This document shows positions 33,843 to 41,830 of a DNA stretch of 64,000 bases, in pieces. The translations under genes and the position numbers were made by a program. The DNA is from Deltaproteobacteria bacterium. Lineage in GTDB: Bacteria; Desulfobacterota; Dissulfuribacteria; Dissulfuribacterales; Dissulfuribacteraceae. The notes under the pieces were generated by a model. It saw only the letters and a list, made by a program, of their open reading frames with translations. It was not told where the DNA came from and ran no database searches. Every line of letters begins with the position of its first letter. Position 1 is the first letter of the stretch. The DNA is taken from the NCBI GenBank assembly GCA_026994795.1, contig JALWQB010000020.1:6113-70112 (forward strand), in the 5' to 3' direction.

Positions 33843-35639
33843 TCACAAATATTCCTTTAAAATCGTATATAAATACACAAGCAGCCATACCACAAGGGTA
33901 ACAGAAATTCCAATGCTGCAATATTTTTTTATAAGCGCTGCCTGATACGCCTTTTCAATCTCCGCTTCCACCTCAGCGACAAGTTTATTGACCAAATTTT
34001 CCCATTTTTCAACAGAGGGGCCAAGCTCTTTCATCTCGCGTATCTTTTTTATAACCCTGACCTTCTTAATAAAATCAGTAAGCGAACGCTGATTTTTTAC
34101 GCATTTCGCCTTCAGCGCCCCAAGCCTGCCACTATCAGGAAGCCTCTTAATGTTTGAGGCCAGCAGCTTCCTTGCATCAAGCAAACGGCCATAAAGCTCT
34201 ATATAATTCTTATTTATCTCATTATATACCTTTGACCAAAGGTTAATAAGCTCATCATGCGCCTCTTGAAGACCTTTAAGGCCAAGTTTAGGTATAACCC
34301 CATTAAGGTCTCTAAATGGGATAAGTATATGGTCAATGTCGCTGTCTGGAAATGCAGACTGAAATTGGCTTATGAGATTTTCAAGCGCAACCTTGTCTTG
34401 ATCAACCTTATCTTCAATCAATTCAAGTTTGCCCTTGAATATCTTTTCTATTTCGTTCCCGTATGCCAGAGAAAGGGGCTCGCACATTATCTGTATGAGC
34501 CACTCTACCGCATTGCTCATTGATGTTATTGTCCTGTGGACGCTTCCCGTATTTCTTTCAATACATGAAATGATGACATCCCAGCGCTTTATAAGCGGGT
34601 CATGTGAAAAGAGCGTCTTTGCCTTGTTAACAGCCGCCCTTGCGCCCTCAATGCCATGCCAGAACAACTGAAGCCTTGCCTCTAAAAGCAATATATAGGC
34701 CCTCTGCCCTGCATTCTTACACAGTATTTCTCCTGACTGGAGCTCAGACAGGGCGCTGTCTGCATCTCCCTCGTAAAGGAACAACATTGCCCTCATAGTA
34801 TGGATAAGCGGGGCCTCATGCTCTGAAAAGCCCTTGCTCAAAGACGCCCTCAATGCCTTCAGGTCATTGGCATTGAATGCCTCATATATCTCCTTTAGAT
34901 GCTCGGTTAAAAGCGATGGCTCAAGCTCTTGTTCATATATATATTCATTAACGCTTGAATATAATGTCTTTATAGCAAAAAATGGCCTGAAAGGGAAACG
35001 AAGGGCCTCATGAATTGCATATAACCCTGTTATAAACGATATGTTTTTCTTTTCGTCTTTTATATGCTCTTTCCAGTCTTCTGGCGTATAATAGGCAAGC
35101 CTTTTTAATATCTCATCGCCATGACCCTCTTTTCTAAAAAAGGCCTTGCAGCCCTTTGTGGAGTGCCACCTGCTCCCGCAAAAATAACACTCTTGTTTTA
35201 AGTCGCCATTTATAAGTATGAGCCTGTATGGAAAGAGCTGATTTGAGACAGGCATCTGATATGCTACATTTACAAGGCTGCACCCATATATCCAATCTTC
35301 TTTATGCTGTATCTCCATCCAGTCCCTTATGAGAAAATAGCCTGCCGGGGCTATCTGCCATAGGGATTGGTCAGGATTATGCTCTTCATGGGCAATAAAC
35401 TGAAGTGGCGCTATTGGCACCCCTGTTGGGATATACTGGCTCCGTTTCAGTGAAGACACAAGATTTTCCAGCGCAACATCAGCCTCCTGAATAGTTGAAA
35501 ACTTGATTGTAAACCTCGTCCCTTCAACATGGGGGCTGTAATTGGTAAAAGACGAATGGACAAAAGACCAGAAGTCTCCAAAATCAGGGTATGGCAATAT
35601 CTTAAATAGACCGACAACGGGCCTTATTGATACATACAT
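33843..35639 (-). CDS. hypothetical tail-anchored protein with a CCHC zinc knuckle and a long helical (TPR-like/coiled-coil) region
   Basis: 598-aa ORF. CYFCGSRWHSTKGC (nt 35148-35189) is C-x2-C-x4-H-x4-C. The C-terminal segment CSIGISVTLVVWLLVYLYTIL is hydrophobic. I recognise no family. Confidence 0.7.
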   Translation of the reverse strand: MYVSIRPVVGLFKILPYPDFGDFWSFVHSSFTNYSPHVEGTRFTIKFSTIQEADVALENLVSSLKRSQYIPTGVPIAPLQFIAHEEHNPDQSLWQIAPAGYFLIRDWMEIQHKEDWIYGCSLVNVAYQMPVSNQLFPYRLILINGDLKQECYFCGSRWHSTKGCKAFFRKEGHGDEILKRLAYYTPEDWKEHIKDEKKNISFITGLYAIHEALRFPFRPFFAIKTLYSSVNEYIYEQELEPSLLTEHLKEIYEAFNANDLKALRASLSKGFSEHEAPLIHTMRAMLFLYEGDADSALSELQSGEILCKNAGQRAYILLLEARLQLFWHGIEGARAAVNKAKTLFSHDPLIKRWDVIISCIERNTGSVHRTITSMSNAVEWLIQIMCEPLSLAYGNEIEKIFKGKLELIEDKVDQDKVALENLISQFQSAFPDSDIDHILIPFRDLNGVIPKLGLKGLQEAHDELINLWSKVYNEINKNYIELYGRLLDARKLLASNIKRLPDSGRLGALKAKCVKNQRSLTDFIKKVRVIKKIREMKELGPSVEKWENLVNKLVAEVEAEIEKAYQAALIKKYCSIGISVTLVVWLLVYLYTILKEYL

Positions 35640-35694
35640 TTTAGTCTTTTACTCTGTCTTTTTATTTAAGCTCCTGCATTAACCTACTATTAAC

Positions 35695-36465
35695 CTACTC
35701 ACTGCCAAGGTAGGCAGAGATGACCTGAGGGTCTTTTTGAACCTCCTGGGGGCTTCCAATAGTAAGGGACTCTCCATAATTTAATACCATTACCCTATGA
35801 GAGCATTCCATGACAAGCTCCATATTATGTTCCACTAACACGACAGTTATCCCCATTGAGGCGATCTCTTCTATTAAAGACCGCATAGACAGGGTCTCAG
35901 TGTCGTTAAGCCCTGCTGCTGGCTCATCAAGGAGCAATATCTCTGGATTGGCGCTTAATGAGCGGGCTATTTCAAGCCTTTTTAGCATACCATAAGAGAG
36001 AGAGGATGCGTCTTTGTCTGCGTAATCCTTGAGCCCGACAATTTTAAGGGCATCCATCGCCCATTGCCTTACGCTATGCTCTTCTTTCCGCACCCTTGGG
36101 AGCCTGAGACATGCGCTCAACATATTAGAGCTTGTCCTTATGTGACAGCCTGCCATTACATTTTCCACAACAGACATGTTCATAAATACTTGCAGGTTTT
36201 GAAATGTCCTCTGAACGCCTAATGAGGCGATCTTATGGGTTGAAAGTTTATTAATCTCTTTGCCCTTAAACAATATAGCGCCAGCGTCAGGTCTAAAGAC
36301 GCCTGTTAATATATTAAAGAGGGTGGTCTTTCCAGCGCCGTTCGGGCCTATAATAGAAAAGATTTCCCCTTCATTAACGTCAAAGGATATATATAAAAGG
36401 GCCTTAACCCCTCCAAATGACTTTGATATTTCCTTAACCCTTAATATGTGTCCCATGTTATTCAT
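35695..36465 (-). CDS. livG: branched-chain amino acid ABC transporter ATP-binding protein
   Basis: LRVKEISKSFGGVKAL, GPNGAGKTT, LSYGMLKRLEIARSL, LLLDEPAAG. ATG at 36465 has GAGG 6 nt upstream. Confidence 0.85.
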   Translation of the reverse strand: MNNMGHILRVKEISKSFGGVKALLYISFDVNEGEIFSIIGPNGAGKTTLFNILTGVFRPDAGAILFKGKEINKLSTHKIASLGVQRTFQNLQVFMNMSVVENVMAGCHIRTSSNMLSACLRLPRVRKEEHSVRQWAMDALKIVGLKDYADKDASSLSYGMLKRLEIARSLSANPEILLLDEPAAGLNDTETLSMRSLIEEIASMGITVVLVEHNMELVMECSHRVMVLNYGESLTIGSPQEVQKDPQVISAYLGSE

Positions 36466-36471
36466 ATACAA

Positions 36472-36624
36472 CCTCTATCCCCTCTATCCCCTCTACAACC
36501 TCTATCTCCTCTATCTCCTCTATCCCCTCTATCCCCTCTATCCCCTCTACAACCTCTATCCCCTCTATCTCCTCTATCCCCTCTACAACCTCTATCCCCT
36601 CTATCCCCTCTACAACCTTCTATT
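36472..36624. repeat. 9-bp tandem repeat array 2 (CCTCTA plus variable triplet on the plus strand), 16 in-phase units plus one degenerate
   Basis: Counted directly. The variable triplets are TCC x9, TCT x3 and CAA x4. It is the same unit as array 1 (9564-9784). Confidence 0.95.
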
Positions 36625-37542
36625 TACAGCCTCGCATAAAGAGACAAATACGCCCTTTGGAAGGAATATCATAATTGCCATAAGGATAGCGCCATATATA
36701 ATAACCTCCAGTTCTTCAAAATGGACGAGAACTTCAGGGAGCAGGGTAAGAATAAGGGCGCCGAATACTGCCCCAAAGGTTGAGCCAAGCCCGCCAAGCA
36801 CTACCATAGTAACAAGCTCTATAGAGAAGAAGAAGCTGCAGGAGTCAGGGCTTATAAATGCCTGCTGATGGGCAAAGAGGCTTCCTACAAACGAGGTGAT
36901 AAGGGCGGAGAGGACAAATATCTGCGCCTTTACCGTTGCTGTATCAATACCAAGGCACTCTGCCGCTATCTCACTGCCATGAATGGCCTTTAGCGCCCTG
37001 CCCATGCGAGACGCCCCTATGTTGAGGGATATTAAGATTGCCCCGCAAGTAATCGCCAGCAGGAAAAAATACCATTTTATATCGCTATCCAGTGGAAAAC
37101 CTAAAATGCTCAATACAGGGATGTTAGACATGCCGTCAGGCCCTCCTGTTATCCCTTCTTCCTGCACAAGGAATATATGAACTATTATGCCAAGCCCAAG
37201 CGTTGCCATTGCAAGATAGTGTCCCTTTAGGCTCAAAATAGGACGGGCAAGGCATGAGGCAAGAAAAAAGGTGATACATAGCCCTATTATAAGGGCAATA
37301 TAGGGGTTAAGGCCATAGTTAGTGGTAAAAAAGGCGGAAGAATATGCGCCTATTCCAAAGAATGCGGCATGCCCCAGAGAAATCTGGCCTGCATAACCCA
37401 TGAATAGGTTAAGGGCAATGGCGAGGATAATATGAAAGAATGCGGTTGAGCCCACCACGCTGACATAATAGTTGTCAGGAAAGAGCGCTCCAAGGGCTAT
37501 GCCAGTAAGCCCGAATATATAAAGCCCGATAAGCCTTTTCAT
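36610..37542 (-). CDS. livM: branched-chain amino acid ABC transporter permease
   Basis: GYAGQISLGHAAFFGIGAY and a multi-TM profile. The last codons and the TAG stop lie inside the repeat array. Confidence 0.85.
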   Translation of the reverse strand: MKRLIGLYIFGLTGIALGALFPDNYYVSVVGSTAFFHIILAIALNLFMGYAGQISLGHAAFFGIGAYSSAFFTTNYGLNPYIALIIGLCITFFLASCLARPILSLKGHYLAMATLGLGIIVHIFLVQEEGITGGPDGMSNIPVLSILGFPLDSDIKWYFFLLAITCGAILISLNIGASRMGRALKAIHGSEIAAECLGIDTATVKAQIFVLSALITSFVGSLFAHQQAFISPDSCSFFFSIELVTMVVLGGLGSTFGAVFGALILTLLPEVLVHFEELEVIIYGAILMAIMIFLPKGVFVSLCEAVNRRL

Positions 37543-38420
37543 TATACCCTCTCAAGCCCCCTTTTCCCGAAGAGGCCGGTTGGCCTGAAGAATAACACTA
37601 TCAGAATAATAAAAAAACTTATCGCATCCTTATAGCCTGATGAGATAAGCCCTGCGCCAAGAGACTCTACAGCCCCGAGCAAAAGCCCTCCTATTACCGC
37701 CCCCATAGAGTTGCCCATCCCGCCAAGTATTGAGGCGCAAAACCCCTTTAAGCCCAGCATAACCCCTGAGCCATAGGTCATATAGGTAATAGGCGCTATG
37801 AGGACGCCTGCGATCCCCCCTAATAGCGCTGATATGCCGTAGGCAAGGAGCAGCATCCTCTTTACCTCAATGCCCATTAAATAGGCAGCCTTTTTATTGT
37901 ATGAGCAGGCGAGTATTGCCTTTCCGATAATTGTCTTTTGAAAAAAGAAGCGCAGTAAAAATACAAATAAAAATGTCCCTGATATTACATAGAGGCTCTG
38001 TGGAAGTATGGTTATGTTGCCGAGTTTTATAGGGTCTTCACCTGATATAGGGGGGAAGCCATAAATTTCCTTTCCCCATATCAAAAGGGCTGCCCCGCGC
38101 AAAAATATTGACGCCCCTATGGTAATGATAATAGTAGTTACAACAGTTGCGTTCCTTGCCCTTTCAATTGCAAGTTTTTCAAGCGCCATACCAACTAACA
38201 TGCTGATTATCACGGCAAATACAATGGCTAAAAAGTATGGAAGCCCCCATGCGTGCAGGAAAATGGCGCTCATAGCGCCAATCATGACAAATTCGCCCTG
38301 AGCAAAATTTACCACATCAGACGCATTGTATATGAGGGAAAAGCCAAGGCCGACAAGGGCGTATATAGAGCCTATCGTCAACCCTGAGATCAAAAATTGT
38401 ATTAGTTCCTCTCCAATCAT
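37542..38420 (-). CDS. livH: branched-chain amino acid ABC transporter permease
   Basis: GLTIGSIYALVGLGFSLIYNASDVVNFAQGEF. Confidence 0.85.
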   Translation of the reverse strand: MIGEELIQFLISGLTIGSIYALVGLGFSLIYNASDVVNFAQGEFVMIGAMSAIFLHAWGLPYFLAIVFAVIISMLVGMALEKLAIERARNATVVTTIIITIGASIFLRGAALLIWGKEIYGFPPISGEDPIKLGNITILPQSLYVISGTFLFVFLLRFFFQKTIIGKAILACSYNKKAAYLMGIEVKRMLLLAYGISALLGGIAGVLIAPITYMTYGSGVMLGLKGFCASILGGMGNSMGAVIGGLLLGAVESLGAGLISSGYKDAISFFIILIVLFFRPTGLFGKRGLERV

Positions 38421-38444
38421 CTCTTATCCAACCCTCTATATAAA

Positions 38445-39545
38445 TTATTCAACAATAGATAACACCCTTTTATATACCATATCAACTGTTATTGACTCAA
38501 GACAGGGAAATGATGAAGAGCAGCCCAATTGCGGCCTTACATCCTCAAAAGGATATTTAAGACACGGCGCGCAGGGAAATTTTTCAGTATCAGGGGTTAT
38601 GATGCAGGCATTTTCCCCGTATGGCGCTGTTCTTACCCAGTCAGTTGGGCCAAATATCCCCAGCGTCTTTTTCCCGAGCGCAGAGGCGATATGCATGAGC
38701 CCCGTATCATTGCTCAAAAAAAGGGAACACTCTTCAATTAACGCCCCTGTCTTGTTTATGTCAGCAGAGACAACTGTTGCCTGCCCTCCAATAAGCTGTG
38801 AAAGCCTCTTTTTATCATCTCTTTCATCCCCTCCGCCAAATATCAGCGCATGGTCAAACACCCCTTCCCTTAATAGCCTGCATGTTACCTCAGAAAATCT
38901 TTCTATGCCCCACCTCTTTCCCCTGATAGGCCCTGCCCCTGCATGCAGACCCAAAATCTTTAAATCCCTTCCGCCTCTCTTATCACTATTACAGCCAATG
39001 TTATGGGATGTCAAAAAGTCTCTTGCAAAGATACGGTCTTCCTGCGATAAGAGGAAAAACGGCGTCATTTCGCCAACCTTTCCATTTGAAGACCTTAAAG
39101 AAAAAGGGATGCCCAGCGCATTTAAAAGACAAAGGTTCTGCTCTACATCATGTATCCCCCTAATAGCCTCCTGCCTCCTGTTGGATAAAAATGAAAATGA
39201 ACAGGCATTTTTGCCATAGGAATTAATAATCCTTTCTTTTGCCCCAATAAGAAATGGCAACAGATGAAACTGGGGTCTATTGGATGGAAAGCAGGCAATG
39301 GTTATATCATAGCTTACATGAAATAACTTTAATAAAAGGTTAAAATATTCTCTTTTCTTAAAGGGGAGGATGTAGCTATTGTTTATCTTGTAAAAGCCCT
39401 TAAATACAGAGGCCATGCCAGTATTGCCAAAAAGGCAGTCAACAATATATCTATCTGACAATGCAACCTCTTTTATCAAGGGAGATTGCATTATAGTGTT
39501 TCCTATACCAGAAACGCTTATTATTAAGCACTTTTTCCTCTCCAA
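38445..39545 (-). CDS. glycosyltransferase family 9 (heptosyltransferase-like)
   Basis: GIGNTIM N-terminal motif and C-terminal SNDTGLMHIASALGKKTLGIFGPT. Confidence 0.8.
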   Translation of the reverse strand: MERKKCLIISVSGIGNTIMQSPLIKEVALSDRYIVDCLFGNTGMASVFKGFYKINNSYILPFKKREYFNLLLKLFHVSYDITIACFPSNRPQFHLLPFLIGAKERIINSYGKNACSFSFLSNRRQEAIRGIHDVEQNLCLLNALGIPFSLRSSNGKVGEMTPFFLLSQEDRIFARDFLTSHNIGCNSDKRGGRDLKILGLHAGAGPIRGKRWGIERFSEVTCRLLREGVFDHALIFGGGDERDDKKRLSQLIGGQATVVSADINKTGALIEECSLFLSNDTGLMHIASALGKKTLGIFGPTDWVRTAPYGENACIITPDTEKFPCAPCLKYPFEDVRPQLGCSSSFPCLESITVDMVYKRVLSIVE

Positions 39546-39567
39546 TGCCCGCCCTGTCTTTTCTTCT

Positions 39568-40263
39568 TCAGCCCCTGTTCTTCACCCTTACCTTATCGGC
39601 AAGCCCCTTTCCAATGGCAAGCCTTGCGCCTTTTGCATTTATAATAATTGGGCCATCGCTACTTATGACCTCTATAGAATCCCCTGGCATAAGCCCCATA
39701 TCCATAAGTTTCTTTCGCGCCTTTACACCGCCCTCAATAGAGACGACTTTAAGCCTCTCTCCCTTTGCGGCAAGTGACAGGGGCATTGAGATTGAGCGCC
39801 TTGGTATGCCATGACTGCATTCAGGGCAGAGCCCGAGCACGGTTATCTTGTGAAGTATTGGTTGAAACCCGAGGCTCTTAGCCAGTTCTAATGTGCGTTC
39901 ATGGAGCTTTTTATCCTCAAACTCAACGATTTTCCCGCAGCTTGTGCACAAGAGGTGGTCGTGCTCCATGCCCACATGAAGGTGCTCATACAATATGCCC
40001 TTTCCATTCAGCATTATCTTCTGGGCAATCCCGTATCTGCATAACAGGTCAAGCGCCTCGTTGACAACGGCCAGAGAGAGATTTTTACCGCTTTCCTTAA
40101 TGCACTTAGCTATATAGTCAGCAGAGACATGGCCATCCTTTTCAAGAAAACAGTCAAGAACCGTCTCCCCGCCCTCAGGGAGGCTTTCTCCCGTCTCTTT
40201 TAACAGCCTGAAAAACTCCTCTTTTTCCTTTTTATGAAATTCCTCAGAATTATTTATATCCAT
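39568..40263 (-). CDS. Fur-family regulator fused to a C-terminal FeoA domain
   Basis: HDHLLCTSCGKIVEF...GLCPEC is Fur-like. The last ~75 aa (LKVVSIEGGVKARKKLMDMGLMPGDSIEVIS...ARLAIGKGLADKVRV) are FeoA-like. The start is taken at MDINNSEEF (cat 40261-63). Confidence 0.75.
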   Translation of the reverse strand: MDINNSEEFHKKEKEEFFRLLKETGESLPEGGETVLDCFLEKDGHVSADYIAKCIKESGKNLSLAVVNEALDLLCRYGIAQKIMLNGKGILYEHLHVGMEHDHLLCTSCGKIVEFEDKKLHERTLELAKSLGFQPILHKITVLGLCPECSHGIPRRSISMPLSLAAKGERLKVVSIEGGVKARKKLMDMGLMPGDSIEVISSDGPIIINAKGARLAIGKGLADKVRVKNRG

Positions 40264-40463
40264 ACTGAGCCACTTAAATACCCTTAAAAGATTTGAAAAG
40301 ATTAAAGATATATTACGCCCTGTTGTAATTGAGAGACAGTATAACTTTTGGTTAAGGAAAATCAAGAAGATATGCTATAGGCCGATGAGTTATTGACTGA
40401 TATAGTGTATTCTATAATTAATGGTTAGCATATTCATATAGTTAAGCATGGGGGACAACCTTT

Positions 40464-41732
40464 TTGAAGGCGCTTCTCATAAATCCGTGGATATACGATT
40501 TTGCCTGTTTTAACTTCTGGATACGCCCGCTTGGGCTTTACAGGGTAGCGGAATGGCTATGGGAGCGAGGGGTTGAGGTCTCTATGATTGATTGCCTGTC
40601 TCCATTTGATGCCTGCGTTAAGTTCCCAAGGGTGCGGACAGACTGCCCTGTGCCAATGCCCGTTAATCTTAAAAGGCGCTTTTGCCGCTATGGGATAGGG
40701 ATAGACGAGTTTGAGCATCGTCTAAATAATGCAGGGGGCTTTGATGTGGTCTTTATCACATCAGTAATGTCCTACTGGTATTTAGGGGTTATAAAGGTTG
40801 TAGAGCTTATAAGGAAGAGGGCGAGGTCTGCCCCTGTAGTGCTTGGCGGGGTGTATGCCTCACTGTGGAAGGACCATGCCATAAGGAACTCGGGCGCGGA
40901 TATTGTCCTGAGCGGCTCAATAGAGGCAAATGCCCTGGAGCTTTATAAAAGGCTTTCTATCCCTGTATCGCCTGTGCGGCCTTTTAAGAGGTGGTATGAG
41001 ATAGGGCTTTTTGACAAGGCGAGCTATTGGGCAATCAGGATGGCGACAGGGTGCCCTTTTAATTGCACTTACTGCGGCTCAAGGATTATCTCAGGCCCTT
41101 TCAGGCCAATGGACTGGCATGATATACTAAATGAGCTATCATTTCTCTATAAAAATGATGTAAAAGAGATAGCCTTTTATGATGACGCCCTTTTAGTAGG
41201 CTTTGAAGACAGATTAAGGCCATTATTAACTGCCATTAAAGAAAAAAATATGACTTTTACCTTCCATACCCCAAATGGGCTTCACGCACGCCTTTTAAGA
41301 CAGGATGTAGCTGCTGCTATGAAAGAGGCGAATTTTAAGACCATTCGCCTGAGCCTTGAGACCGTCTCTCCCATCAGGCAGGAGCTAACAGGCGGAAAGG
41401 TAAATAATGAAGAGCTTAAGGAGGCGGTCTTTAATCTATTAGGCGCCGGCGTTGATAGAGACAGTATAGGGGTTTATCTTCTTATTGGGCTTATTGATCA
41501 GGATATTGAAGAGATAAGGGAATCTATAATGTTTGTAAAATCACTGGGCATAAGGGCGTATCTTGCGGAATTTTCGCCGATACCAAATACGTTAGAATGG
41601 CAAAAACTTATTGAAAAGGGGGTGATAGATGAAAATCTTGACCCAATCTATACCAATAATACCGTATTCTTTAGATTGTTCAGCAAAATAACAGAGGCTG
41701 AATGGAATGAGCTCAATCGTCTGAGGCTATAG
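40464..41732 (+). CDS. radical SAM protein with an N-terminal B12-binding-like domain
   Basis: GCPFNCTYCGS is a CxxxCxxC cluster, preceded by a Rossmann-like N-domain. TTG start with GGGGGA upstream. Confidence 0.75.
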   Translation: MKALLINPWIYDFACFNFWIRPLGLYRVAEWLWERGVEVSMIDCLSPFDACVKFPRVRTDCPVPMPVNLKRRFCRYGIGIDEFEHRLNNAGGFDVVFITSVMSYWYLGVIKVVELIRKRARSAPVVLGGVYASLWKDHAIRNSGADIVLSGSIEANALELYKRLSIPVSPVRPFKRWYEIGLFDKASYWAIRMATGCPFNCTYCGSRIISGPFRPMDWHDILNELSFLYKNDVKEIAFYDDALLVGFEDRLRPLLTAIKEKNMTFTFHTPNGLHARLLRQDVAAAMKEANFKTIRLSLETVSPIRQELTGGKVNNEELKEAVFNLLGAGVDRDSIGVYLLIGLIDQDIEEIRESIMFVKSLGIRAYLAEFSPIPNTLEWQKLIEKGVIDENLDPIYTNNTVFFRLFSKITEAEWNELNRLRL

Positions 41733-41830
41733 CAAAAGTAAGTTCTGCAATCCTGAAGGGCGGCCAAAGGAGGCAAAAGAAAGCTGAAATCAGGGAGAGT
41801 CTCATTCCAAATGAGACAGAACAGACTTTC

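Noticed and set aside
36260-36868. Plus-strand ORFs (202 aa, and 63 aa at 36448-36639) encoding PLYPLYNLY... and LSPLSPLQP... repeat proteins
   Set aside because: They exist only because the 9-bp array has no stop in two plus-strand frames. Outside the array they run antisense to well-supported livG and livM, with no start context.
40264-40463. Fur box in the divergent spacer between the Fur-FeoA and radical SAM genes
   Set aside because: There are only short AT-rich fragments (e.g. ataattaat). Nothing approaches the 19-bp GATAATGATAATCATTATC palindrome.
41799-41817. Hairpin GTCTCAT-TCCAA-ATGAGAC between the convergent radical SAM and valS genes, as a possible bidirectional terminator
   Set aside because: The stem is short (7 bp) and has no U-run on either strand, so this is too weak to annotate.
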